A stretch of 64,000 nucleotides of DNA from a virus. The position numbers and the translations under genes are program-made. Position 1 is the stretch's first letter; each line of letters starts with the position of its first letter. The notes below the pieces were generated by a model. That model saw nothing but the letters and a program-made list of their open reading frames with translations. It did not search any database and was not told the DNA's origin. Location of the stretch: positions 32,001-96,000 of the IMG/VR virus record IMGVR_UViG_3300036761_003779, one strand, 5' to 3'. Below are positions 43,882 to 52,922 of the stretch, one piece after another.

Positions 43882-44891
43882 TGCACCGACCTCCCGGAAA
43901 GCCGCCGGAACATGGTCCGTGGCGCCCGCATCAAGAGTGGCCCCTTGTAGGCCGCTAGGATAGCGTCCAGCTCCGCGTCCCCCGTCCCGCTCGTGCTCCA
44001 GGACTTGGAGGTCACCGCGGCGTCGGACCACTTCTTCCGATGACGGTCCGTCTCCTCCTCAATGACCGGTCCGGCCGGACCGGCGGAACCGCTCGAGCTG
44101 TACAGGGGCGCAAGGCCGCGCACGGCCAGCTTCCGGACCGCGTACTTAATGGGCGCCGGCGTCGAGCCGTCCGGCTCGATGAAGCCGAAGGTCCCGACCA
44201 GGCGCTGGTTCTTCTCCCCCACCAGGAAGGTGAAGCTGTTCCGCTGGACCGGCCCCACGCCCTCGAAGATCGAGGTCTCCGCGGAGACCAGCTTCACCCG
44301 CGGGTTCTTCCGGTCGTCTCGCCCGGCCTCCCCGCGCCCGCTGTACACCACGTACCGGGAGGGGTCCTGCGCGGCGTCCCAGACCCCGTTGAGCCCGTTC
44401 AGGTAGAGGGCGGTGATCGAGATGATGGGGACCGGGAGCTGGAGGAGCGTCGTCCCGCTCCCGTCCAGGTCCCAGGTCAGCTGCCGCGGGACGAACCACT
44501 GCCGGCAGAGCCGCTCCACGTACGCCTGCCAGGTCTGGATGGACTGGAGGATCCGGGCGTCCGAGACGGAGGCCGGGACCCCCTCGTCCCGCACGTCCTG
44601 GATCGAGACGTACAGCGCGTCGGCCTCCCCCTGGATGGGGTCCGAGAGGGAGGACTCGAGGAGGGTGATCGAGTGGAAGTAGCTCGTCTTGTAGTAGAAG
44701 GCAGGGTCGCCCGCCACGTCGTCGTAGGTGTAGACCGTCTGCCCGGTCAGCAGCGGGATGCGCGTCCCGGGCGCCGTGATCTCCGCGTAGGGTCCGACCA
44801 GGACCGGTGCGCGGTAGACCTTCATCACGTCGAAGAGGGTCAGGACGTTGTCGAGCTTCTCGACCGTCACGGTCAGCTTGATCGTTGCCAT
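43878..44891 (-). CDS. Head-tail adaptor
   Basis: YVSIQDVR...I...QAYVERLCRQWF...PAPIKYAV...TGDAELDAILAAY. Confidence 0.7.
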   Translation of the reverse strand: MATIKLTVTVEKLDNVLTLFDVMKVYRAPVLVGPYAEITAPGTRIPLLTGQTVYTYDDVAGDPAFYYKTSYFHSITLLESSLSDPIQGEADALYVSIQDVRDEGVPASVSDARILQSIQTWQAYVERLCRQWFVPRQLTWDLDGSGTTLLQLPVPIISITALYLNGLNGVWDAAQDPSRYVVYSGRGEAGRDDRKNPRVKLVSAETSIFEGVGPVQRNSFTFLVGEKNQRLVGTFGFIEPDGSTPAPIKYAVRKLAVRGLAPLYSSSGSAGPAGPVIEEETDRHRKKWSDAAVTSKSWSTSGTGDAELDAILAAYKGPLLMRAPRTMFRRLSGRSVQ

Positions 44892-45379
44892 CAGACCTCC
44901 TCCGCTCCGGCGATCTTAGGGCGGAGCGCGTCCGCTGTCTTCACTTCTGGGCGGACCTCCTCCGCCTCCCCGATGAGCGGCGTCCCGGGGTCCACGTCCG
45001 CGCCGCCCGCGTCCGCTATCCGCGGCCGGAGGTCCCCCGCGTCCCGGATCCGCGGGGAGAGGACGTCCAGGGAGACGAACTGAGGGAGACCGCCGCCGGC
45101 GCCGCCGGTGGAGGTGGCCGCCTCCGTGTCGTAGTAGGCGAAGAGGACGTCCCCCGGGTCGTCCGTCGAGCCCGGGCGCGGCCCGACTGGCGGGATCTTC
45201 ATCCGGAAGGTCCCCAGCGTCGGGTCCGTCTCCTCCCAGCCGTTGTCGAGCGTCCGCTTGAGCTGCTGGCCGTTCAGGAAGACAACGAGGGAGCCCGCCC
45301 GATAGTAGGTGGGGACGGAGAAGTCCCGGTTGACCCCGTTCACCGCCCCGGAGACCGGCTCGATGCGGGAGGACGCCAT
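44891..45379 (-). CDS. Small beta-sandwich protein, paralogue of 45379-45615
   Basis: GAVNGVNRDF...VFLNGQQL...EETDPTLGTFR. Confidence 0.6.
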   Translation of the reverse strand: MASSRIEPVSGAVNGVNRDFSVPTYYRAGSLVVFLNGQQLKRTLDNGWEETDPTLGTFRMKIPPVGPRPGSTDDPGDVLFAYYDTEAATSTGGAGGGLPQFVSLDVLSPRIRDAGDLRPRIADAGGADVDPGTPLIGEAEEVRPEVKTADALRPKIAGAEEV

Positions 45380-45615
45380 CAGACCACCTCCTCGTAGAAG
45401 ACGAAGACGTTGTCCCCGACCTTGGGCGCCCGCCGGAGCCGGAAGGTCCCGAGGGTCGGGTCCACCTCCTCGTAGCCGTCCTCGAAGTCCCGGGAGAGCA
45501 GGCGCCCGTTCCAGAGCGCCCGGAGGGAGTTAGGTTCGTAGGACTCCGGCGCGGCGAAGTCCCGGTTGCTCCCGTCTACGGGCCCAGCGGCCTCGACCAG
45601 GTGGACCGCCGCCAT
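45379..45615 (-). CDS. Small beta-sandwich protein
   Basis: GPVDGSNRDF...WNGRLL...EEVDPTLGTFR...GDNVFVFY. Confidence 0.6.
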   Translation of the reverse strand: MAAVHLVEAAGPVDGSNRDFAAPESYEPNSLRALWNGRLLSRDFEDGYEEVDPTLGTFRLRRAPKVGDNVFVFYEEVV

Positions 45616-45616
45616 C

Positions 45617-45871
45617 TCACTCCCTCCCCTCCGCGTCCTCCACGTCCTCCGGGTCCATCGGGATCAGCGGGCACTTCGCCCCGAGCTTCTCCAGACAGCG
45701 CCGGTTGACGTCCTCCACAACCTGACCCTGCCGCTGCCACGCGGATTCCGCCAGCGTCTGGCGTGTCTCGATAGACTTCAGGCGCCCGTCCACGCGGTCT
45801 AGCTTCCGGAGGACCTCGAGGACCAGCTCCCGCGTCGGCTGGGTCCGCCGCTTGGGCTTCTCCGCCGTCAT
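45617..45871 (-). CDS. Hypothetical coiled-coil protein
   Basis: Tiles with its neighbours. Confidence 0.5.
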   Translation of the reverse strand: MTAEKPKRRTQPTRELVLEVLRKLDRVDGRLKSIETRQTLAESAWQRQGQVVEDVNRRCLEKLGAKCPLIPMDPEDVEDAEGRE

Positions 45872-45874
45872 GTC

Positions 45875-46756
45875 CTAGATCCGCGCCGCGAACACGTCCG
45901 CCACCGCCTCCGCGATCTCCGCCCAGTACTCAGAGCGCGCCGCGTAGCACTGCTCGAGCTGCACGCCCCCACCGCCGGCGGTCAGCCAGTTGACCAGGTT
46001 CGCCGGGGAGGTCCCGGCCAGCGGGTCGTCCGGACCCGCCAGGCGCACATCGATCCCAGTACCGGCAAGCGCCGCCTCGACCGCCGCCCGGACCTCCTCC
46101 CGGAGGTCCTCCGGCGCGGCGCCGCCAACGACAACGTCCGGGTCCGACATGCCGTGGAAGGCCACGGCGTGGAGGAAGCCCCGGTCCGCAATGCCGCCCA
46201 GGAGCGGGAAGGAGACCCGGTGGATCTCCGTCGACGTGATGTGCCAGCGGTCGAAGGCCCCGCCGCCGTCCCGCCAGCCCTTGCAGCGCCAGGCGGCCGC
46301 GGGCTTCCCGGAGAGGACGGCCAGAACGTGCTCCGCCTGCTCGTCCGTGTTGTTCTCGATCGCCCCGCCGTGCGGCGCCAGGATCACCAGGCCCGCCGGG
46401 GAGAGCCCGGACTCGTCGAGCCGCTCCACGAACTCGCTCTGCGCCTCCGCCTCCGCGTCCGTCAGGGTGGGGTGCGGGACCTGGGAGTCGAGCGTCCCGG
46501 TGAACTCGAGGGAGGTCCCCAGGCGGGAGCGCCCGGCCGCCCCCATCCGGACGATCGAATCCGGGCTCTCCTGCCGGGTCTCCCCGACCGTGAAGAGCGC
46601 GTACTGGGTTGCGTTCCGCTTCACGCGGACCTGATGCCCCGCCGCGCGGTTCACGGTGGCCAGCTTCTCCGGGTCCGCGGAGAGGTGCGTCCCATTCTCG
46701 ATGAGGTCCGTCTGACTCGAGAGCGCCTTCTTAACGCTCGCTGCGTAGGTTCCCAT
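45875..46756 (-). CDS. Poly-gamma-glutamate hydrolase family protein (PghP/YjqB-like)
   Basis: APHGGAIE.T, HITST, AVAFHG, GTSPANLVN, GVQLEQ; AAGGAG/GAGG RBS before ATG 46756. Confidence 0.85.
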   Translation of the reverse strand: MGTYAASVKKALSSQTDLIENGTHLSADPEKLATVNRAAGHQVRVKRNATQYALFTVGETRQESPDSIVRMGAAGRSRLGTSLEFTGTLDSQVPHPTLTDAEAEAQSEFVERLDESGLSPAGLVILAPHGGAIENNTDEQAEHVLAVLSGKPAAAWRCKGWRDGGGAFDRWHITSTEIHRVSFPLLGGIADRGFLHAVAFHGMSDPDVVVGGAAPEDLREEVRAAVEAALAGTGIDVRLAGPDDPLAGTSPANLVNWLTAGGGGVQLEQCYAARSEYWAEIAEAVADVFAARI

Positions 46757-46781
46757 TGTCCTCTTCTCCTTCATCTGAGGT

Positions 46782-47633
46782 TCACTGTCCGGGTTGTCCC
46801 GAGAGCATGTAGCCGGTATACCGAAGCTCCTGCTGATGCACGTGGATCCCATTGGTCAGGGTGTCGCCCGCGTGGGAGTGCTCCCGCGCCAGCCAGAGGA
46901 CCATCAGGTCTTTCCCAACGTTGAAGGCCGCCGCCGGGATCGTCAGGTCGATACTGTAGATCCGGTCCCCCAGGTCCGTCGAGTGGTCCACCGTCAGCGC
47001 CGCCGTCCCGTCGTACGCCCCAAGGTCCTCCCCGACGGAGCGGAAGGCATACTTGAGGTACCAGCAACTGGCCTTGCCGTTCCCCGGCGCCACGCCGTGG
47101 CTGATGTAGATCCGCATCGCCACGTCCCCCGAGGCGTAGTTCTGGGGCGGCCGCCGCACGAGCCGGTTCCGCCCCTCCGTGTCCGTCCCGCTCCCCGCGT
47201 ACAGGAGGGAGGGCACGTCGTTGTTCGAGGAGGTGGAGACGTCCCCGCCCTTCACGTCCCCGTCCACCGGGTAGGTGATCCGGCACGTGCCCACCGCGGT
47301 CGGGGACGTCCCGATCAGGATCCGCTCGTCGTGGATCGCAACTACCTCCCCGTTCGCCGTGACGACCCGAGCCAGCGGCGCGTAGAAGTCCGCCGTGGGG
47401 AAGCCGGTCAGGTTCACGACGAGGGCGCCGTCCCGGTCCAGGTAAGTGTAAGAAGTGACGTTGTCCGTCAGCGACTGCCCAAACACGCCAGGGTACGTCC
47501 CCCGCTTCCCCCCAACGTCGTATTTGAACGGGTCGACGTTCACCTTCAGCGGGTCCACGCTCGCGTAGACCAGCCCGGTGTTCAGGATGACCTGCTGAAC
47601 CACCGCCCCGGAAACGGTCACCATCGTTGGCAT
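46782..47633 (-). CDS. Putative structural/fibre protein
   Basis: YTYLDRDG...GFP...PLARVVT..GEV..IHDER motif; beta-rich C-terminus. Confidence 0.5.
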   Translation of the reverse strand: MPTMVTVSGAVVQQVILNTGLVYASVDPLKVNVDPFKYDVGGKRGTYPGVFGQSLTDNVTSYTYLDRDGALVVNLTGFPTADFYAPLARVVTANGEVVAIHDERILIGTSPTAVGTCRITYPVDGDVKGGDVSTSSNNDVPSLLYAGSGTDTEGRNRLVRRPPQNYASGDVAMRIYISHGVAPGNGKASCWYLKYAFRSVGEDLGAYDGTAALTVDHSTDLGDRIYSIDLTIPAAAFNVGKDLMVLWLAREHSHAGDTLTNGIHVHQQELRYTGYMLSGQPGQ

Positions 47634-47646
47634 GCCTTACCTCCTC

Positions 47647-48807
47647 TCACGCGGCGGTCAGCAGGTTGCCCTTCACCCAGCACTTGAAGTAGACCGCGGC
47701 GCTGACAATGTTATCCCGGACCGTCACCCTGACCATGTCCCCCGTCCCGGCCTTGAGCTTGAGCCCGCCGCCAATCAGGTACGTGGAGGACATCATGTCC
47801 TTGGAGCTGACCACCCACTCGAAGCCGCCCGGGGGGGAGAAGTAGATGAAGGACTCGTTCTGCTTCAGGTTCTGGATCGTCCCGGCCACGCCCCCGGCAA
47901 CAACCTCCACCAGGAGCCCGTTCACCAGCGGCCCGGCGGCCGACCCAAAGGCGTTGGACCCAAAGGTGACGGAGTTGGAGACCATCACAAACTTGATCTC
48001 CTGGAGGCTGACGTCCTGCGTAGCGTGGGCGTTGTAGGAGAAGACCCGCGCGGTCCCGGAGCCGTCCACGAGGAGGGACTCCGCCCCGCCATTCTTCACG
48101 AAGTCGTTGCGGATGGAGGCCGCGGAGGGCGGGACGGAGCTAAAGGCGATCGCATCCCCCTCCGGGCTGTACAGGGTCATCTTCAGGCGCCCACGGCCGG
48201 CCGCCGTGTCGAGGGCGTCCAGCTCGACGAGGTCCGTGGCGCCCCGCGCCACCTTCGAGGACGTCTGGAGGCGGTAGACCGCCCCGTCCAGGATGACCCC
48301 GACCGCGTTCCCCGCGGAGTCGAAGAGGACCCACTCCGCGCGCCCGGCCGCGTTGGTCCGGACCGTCCGGACGTTCGTGCCGTCCCAGCCGGCCAGGAGG
48401 ACCGGCGCCCCGGAGGGCGGGGAGCCGGCGAGCGCCGCGCCCACGACCTCCGGGCGGCCCACGCTGTCCGTCTTGTGCGCCCGTACATTCGTCCCGTCCT
48501 GTCCGGCGGCCAGGACCGGGTTCTGGGTCGGGGGAGCGCCGCCCGCGTCGCTCCCCTTCACCGCCCAGGGAGGCGTCCCCTGCTGGACGGTCCAGGCCCC
48601 GCTCTGGATGGCGTCGACGTTCCCGATATTGTTGTCCCCGGCCGGGAGCGGGTCCGTGATCTTCTTGACCCCCGCCGTGTCCCGGATGGCCGCGAGTATG
48701 GTCTTGACGTCCCCGAGGGTCCCCTCCTTGGCCGGGTCGATCTTGTTCCCCGCGGCGTCGAGGATGTTGATCTCGCCCCCGTCTATCTCGACGACGTAGG
48801 TGATCAT
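47647..48807 (-). CDS. Putative fibre protein with internal repeats
   Basis: LPAGDNNIGNVD; two copies of PVLxAGxDGTNVRxxxTxxxGR. Confidence 0.55.
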   Translation of the reverse strand: MITYVVEIDGGEINILDAAGNKIDPAKEGTLGDVKTILAAIRDTAGVKKITDPLPAGDNNIGNVDAIQSGAWTVQQGTPPWAVKGSDAGGAPPTQNPVLAAGQDGTNVRAHKTDSVGRPEVVGAALAGSPPSGAPVLLAGWDGTNVRTVRTNAAGRAEWVLFDSAGNAVGVILDGAVYRLQTSSKVARGATDLVELDALDTAAGRGRLKMTLYSPEGDAIAFSSVPPSAASIRNDFVKNGGAESLLVDGSGTARVFSYNAHATQDVSLQEIKFVMVSNSVTFGSNAFGSAAGPLVNGLLVEVVAGGVAGTIQNLKQNESFIYFSPPGGFEWVVSSKDMMSSTYLIGGGLKLKAGTGDMVRVTVRDNIVSAAVYFKCWVKGNLLTAA

Positions 48808-49265
48808 GCGACCGTCTCCGTCCAGTCGATGGAGGCCACCTTCCCGTTCCCATCCCGGGTGAAGACCCCCGTCATCCGCTGTTTCTCCGCCCCGGCCGCG
48901 GTATAGTGGACGACGTCAAGCTGGGAGACCTTCCCGGCCGCCCGGATGATGAGGACCTCCCGGACCCGGACCGTCTTCCCGGCGTCCGTCCAGAAGACGA
49001 CGGAGGTCACCCGCCCGGCGGTCCGGACGACCTCCTGGAAGCACGTCTCCGAGAGCCCGTGGATCAGCGTGTCAAGGACCTCGTGCTGCGCCTCCGTGAT
49101 CCCGCGCGGGTCGAAGACGCCCGCCGCGTCCTCCAGCTTAAACTGCCCGTCCGCGTACAGGATCCCGCCGGCCGCCGTGGGGATGGTCCCCGGCGCCTGC
49201 TCCGTGAGGAGGATCTCCTCCGACTCCTGGAGCGGCCCCGGGAACCTGTCCGGCGTGTTAGGCAT
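48804..49265 (-). CDS. Hypothetical structural protein
   Basis: ATG 49265 overlaps the upstream gene; beta-meander C-terminus. Confidence 0.5.
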   Translation of the reverse strand: MPNTPDRFPGPLQESEEILLTEQAPGTIPTAAGGILYADGQFKLEDAAGVFDPRGITEAQHEVLDTLIHGLSETCFQEVVRTAGRVTSVVFWTDAGKTVRVREVLIIRAAGKVSQLDVVHYTAAGAEKQRMTGVFTRDGNGKVASIDWTETVA

Positions 49266-49899
49266 CCGCAGGCGCCCCCGGCTTGGCCTTCTTGACGCGC
49301 GGAGCATGCGACTGGGGCGCCTTCAGGGGGACGATCCTCCCCTTACCCTTCCCATTCCCACCGCCCCCGCCTACAGCCTCCTGGGTCCCCGGGGCACGCT
49401 GTCCGTTGGGAGTCCCGCGCCCGCTCCAGTCCTCCTCATTCCCCTCCACCTCCTTGGCCCGGCGGAAGGCAAGGATGCTGGCGGTCACGTCCCCGAGAGC
49501 GGAGGCAGCCGCGATGTTGAGCCCGTCGACCTTCCCGGCCGCCCGGTTCAGCTCCACCGTCCGCGCCTCCCCCGCCTCCCGGACGGAGAGGACCGCGGCC
49601 GCCAGGACCTGGATCAGCTCCTTCCCGAGGGCGGGGTCCAGCTTCTCGTCCTTGACGCGCTGCTTCACGATCTCGATGTGTTGCTGAACGATGGGCCCGG
49701 CCTGCCGGAGCCCGGCCGCGACGCCCTTCAGCTCGTGGAAGTTGGGCGCCGCCTCCGCTAGCTTCTCCCGAATCCCCCGGAAGACCCTGAGGGAGGTCTC
49801 CGCGCGGTCCAGCATGACCGGCGCCTCCGCCAGCTCCGCGCGGTAGTCACCCAGAGCAAGGACCGCGGCGTCGAGTTGCGCAAGCAGCTTCAGTGGCAT
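49258..49899 (-). CDS. Hypothetical helical protein
   Basis: Long ORF with phage-like codon usage; tiles with its neighbours. Confidence 0.55.
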   Translation of the reverse strand: MPLKLLAQLDAAVLALGDYRAELAEAPVMLDRAETSLRVFRGIREKLAEAAPNFHELKGVAAGLRQAGPIVQQHIEIVKQRVKDEKLDPALGKELIQVLAAAVLSVREAGEARTVELNRAAGKVDGLNIAAASALGDVTASILAFRRAKEVEGNEEDWSGRGTPNGQRAPGTQEAVGGGGGNGKGKGRIVPLKAPQSHAPRVKKAKPGAPADA

Positions 49900-49974
49900 G
49901 GAATCCTCATCACCCGGCCAGGTCAGGAGGGAAGGTTAGCGCCGCGGACCGCCCGGTGTGAACTGTGCTGCGTC

Positions 49975-51681
49975 CTATGCGAAGCCGACGGAGATGACGA
50001 CGTCCCCGGCCTTGATGCCCTTCGGGAAGTCGAACATAACATCCCCATTGGACGGCGTGCTCCCGGGGTAGACGTCACCGGTCCCGGCCGCGGCCGCGCC
50101 CCGGAGGAGCCGCCCGTTGAGGAAGACGAACATGTCCGCGGTCGTGGCACCCACCGCCATCGCCAGCGTGTAGCCAGTCTGGGAGAAGGTGGCCGCCGGG
50201 ACGTTCACGCCCTGCCCGTAGTTGGAGCCCGCGATAAAGAGGAAGACGTCGTCCAGGCCCGCGCCGCCCTGCTCGATGGCGTACTTGATGGCCGCGGAGA
50301 TGGAGGCGTGCGGCCCGCCGGTCAGCGCGGAGATGGCCCCCGCCGTCGCGTCGTCGAGCGGGATCGCCGTGGTCTGCTGGGCGGTCTCGAAGGAGAGGAC
50401 GTCGTCCGCCTCGAGCTTCAGGTTGCCCGCGCCCGCCCCGGCGTTCCGGGAAGCGATGAGCAGCTCCTTCGCCCCGGCCGCGTTGGCGGCCTGGATGAGG
50501 TGGGAGTCATCCGTGAAGTCCGCGTCCAGGACCACCCCGTCCATCACGACGTTCCCCGCGTTCGCGTCGAGGGTCACGCCCACGCCGTCCACGGTCACCG
50601 GCTGCCCGGTGGAGAGGAGCTTCAGGGCGGCCGCGCCGGCGTCGATCTGCCCGGCGGTCACGCCCAGGTTGAGCGGCGTCCCGCCGGAGTCCACCGTCAC
50701 GCCGTTGTCGATGTCCACGACCCCGGCCGCGCCGACGTTCACGTCCAGGAGGTCCGCGTTGACCTCCACCTCGTCCCCGGCCACCGCCGGCGCCAGCATG
50801 AGGAGGCTCCGCGCGCCGCCGCTGTCCTGGAAGTTGAGGGCCACCGCGTCGTTGATCCGCCAGTAGACGTTCGTGGCCTGAGTGGCCGGAGTCGTCCCCT
50901 GGTTGTCGATGGCGGTGTCGAGGTCCACCGTGACCGCGCCGGAGCCAATGTCGACGAAGGGCGACCGGCGGAGGAAGTCGATCTTGTTCCAGGTGTCGAG
51001 GTACTGCCTATCGACGAAGGCGATGTTGATGACCTTGTTCTGGATGTCCGCAACCGGGACCGCCTCGAGGTCGTCGTGGGTCGCGTTGACGCGGACGAAG
51101 GAGATCTGCGCCCGCTCCGGCGTCGTGTCCGTGAAGGCCGCGCCATCCGTGGCGCCCGTCTCGTGCTGAAGGAGCGCCCAGACCTCCCGGCTGCTCGAGA
51201 GGATCGGGTCGCCAGTCGTGGCGTTGACCACCGCGCAGAGGTTCTCCGGGTTGATGGCGTTCGCGCCCGCGACCTCCGCGAGGGAGTGCGCCCCGAAGGA
51301 GGCGTTGAGCGCCGTGGGGAGGCCGACCTGGATGCCGGAGATCGCCTTGATATTGAGGCCGCCCGCCGGCAGCTCGTTCCCGGCGACGGAGATCACCTTC
51401 CAGTTCTGCGCGTTGGGGACCGTGATGTCCGTGAGCAGCTGTAGCTCCCGGTCCGCCAGTTTCTCGTCGAGGAAGGTCTTGGCCGCGATGGCCGCGATGG
51501 AGAGGTCCGGCGCGGTCTCCCAGGCCACCTCCCCGAGGATGTCTGCCACCTGACTGGCCAGGTAGGAGACGGTATCCGCCAGGTCCACCGCGTTCGCGTC
51601 GTGGTTGGTCGGGGTTAGGGTATCGTCGATGCCGGACCCCTCGGTATGCATCTGGTCCTGGCGGAGTCTCGAAACGGCCAT
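49975..51681 (-). CDS. Acidic beta-rich virion protein (head fibre/decoration candidate)
   Basis: GGAGGT before ATG 51681; C-terminal VFLNGRLL...GDVV domain shared with the genes at 44891-45615. Confidence 0.55.
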   Translation of the reverse strand: MAVSRLRQDQMHTEGSGIDDTLTPTNHDANAVDLADTVSYLASQVADILGEVAWETAPDLSIAAIAAKTFLDEKLADRELQLLTDITVPNAQNWKVISVAGNELPAGGLNIKAISGIQVGLPTALNASFGAHSLAEVAGANAINPENLCAVVNATTGDPILSSSREVWALLQHETGATDGAAFTDTTPERAQISFVRVNATHDDLEAVPVADIQNKVINIAFVDRQYLDTWNKIDFLRRSPFVDIGSGAVTVDLDTAIDNQGTTPATQATNVYWRINDAVALNFQDSGGARSLLMLAPAVAGDEVEVNADLLDVNVGAAGVVDIDNGVTVDSGGTPLNLGVTAGQIDAGAAALKLLSTGQPVTVDGVGVTLDANAGNVVMDGVVLDADFTDDSHLIQAANAAGAKELLIASRNAGAGAGNLKLEADDVLSFETAQQTTAIPLDDATAGAISALTGGPHASISAAIKYAIEQGGAGLDDVFLFIAGSNYGQGVNVPAATFSQTGYTLAMAVGATTADMFVFLNGRLLRGAAAAGTGDVYPGSTPSNGDVMFDFPKGIKAGDVVISVGFA

Positions 51682-51744
51682 CACTACCTCCAATGGAAGG
51701 TTTGACCCCTCCAAGGTAGCGCGGGCGATCCCGGACCGGCAGCG

Positions 51745-52098
51745 TTATGAAGGAGGCGTCCAGCGCGCGCGGCCCCGCTTGTCCAGGTCCACCCGGAAGC
51801 GGCCGGAGCGCCCGTTGAGGAACATCGTGAGGGAAAGGAGGACCCCGTCAGAGAGGGCGGAGACCCGCTCCGCGGCCGGCTCCCCCGCCCGGTCCCGGAG
51901 GACCTCGGCGGAGAAGCGGACCCCCCGGAAGCGCCGCGGGAGCGGAAGATCCGCCCGCGCCCCGCCCGTCCCGAGGGCCACGCCCGTGAGCGCGCCCCCG
52001 TCCGGACCGGACGCCAGGGTCTCCCACCCCCGGAGCCCGTCCGGGGTCAGGATGTCGAAGGGCATGACCCTCCCGTCGATGAGGCTGGCGTACAACAA
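51745..52098 (-). CDS. Hypothetical protein
   Basis: ORF fills the gap on the coding strand; start uncertain. Confidence 0.5.
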   Translation of the reverse strand: MLYASLIDGRVMPFDILTPDGLRGWETLASGPDGGALTGVALGTGGARADLPLPRRFRGVRFSAEVLRDRAGEPAAERVSALSDGVLLSLTMFLNGRSGRFRVDLDKRGRARWTPPS

Positions 52099-52119
52099 GC
52101 GGCACCGTCCGCCGGCGGT

Positions 52120-52542
52120 CTACCTCCCGCCGGGCTTCTTCCCGCCGGGCTTCCCGCTCGGCTTCTCGGAGACGGCCGCCCGCTGCTTCCCGGGCTTCCG
52201 GATCTTCCCCCGCTCCCGGAGCAGCTCCACCTGCCGCCCGTGCGGAAGGTGCGCGATGCCCTCCTGCTCCGCGAGCTTGGCGATCTCCGCCTCCCCGGCC
52301 CCGCGCCGGTCCACCCGCTTGCTCTCCACGTAGGGCTGGACGGTCAGGCGGTTGTAGAGGTCCGGCTCCGCCTGCTTGATGTGCTCCAGTTCGTCCCGCG
52401 TCACCGTCTTCGGGATCCCGGGGAACAGGCGGAGGACGCCGAAACAGCTGCGCTGCAGCGCTCCCCCATCCTTCTTCTTCTCCGGGACCTCGACGGTCGC
52501 CGAGGGCGCGGACCGGAGCGTCACGATCGTTCTCTCCGTCAT
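52120..52542 (-). CDS. Hypothetical protein
   Basis: GGAGGAG RBS; overlaps the upstream stop. Confidence 0.55.
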   Translation of the reverse strand: MTERTIVTLRSAPSATVEVPEKKKDGGALQRSCFGVLRLFPGIPKTVTRDELEHIKQAEPDLYNRLTVQPYVESKRVDRRGAGEAEIAKLAEQEGIAHLPHGRQVELLRERGKIRKPGKQRAAVSEKPSGKPGGKKPGGR

Positions 52543-52856
52543 TTCTCTCCTCCTTCCACGCCGGTCACCCGAAACCTCGAGTTGACCGACACGGTGGAGA
52601 GGATCCGCTGATCCGTCACGACCACCGGCCGACCGGAGATGAACCGCACACCGTGGACCTCGTAGCTGCTTCCCTCCACGAGTTCCACCTTGGCCGCACG
52701 GACCTTCGGGGCAGGCGCCTCCGGCGCCGGCTCCAGCATCCGCTTGACCGTGGGGGCGGACTTCACCTCTGCCGGCTGGGTGGACGTGACCTCGACCCGC
52801 TTCTCCTCCTCCGCCGCCGGCTTGGGCCGGCGCGTGGTGGCGATGATCTTGGTCAT
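52539..52856 (-). CDS. YqbF-like small capsid-associated protein
   Basis: ELVEGSSYEVHGVRF...V...F resembles the YqbF domain; directly after the MCP. Confidence 0.5.
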   Translation of the reverse strand: MTKIIATTRRPKPAAEEEKRVEVTSTQPAEVKSAPTVKRMLEPAPEAPAPKVRAAKVELVEGSSYEVHGVRFISGRPVVVTDQRILSTVSVNSRFRVTGVEGGEK

Positions 52857-52922
52857 CTGTCCCTCCGTGGCTAGGGCGGCGGAGGCGAGACTACCCCGCC
52901 CCCGCCCCTAGCCGGCCAAGGC

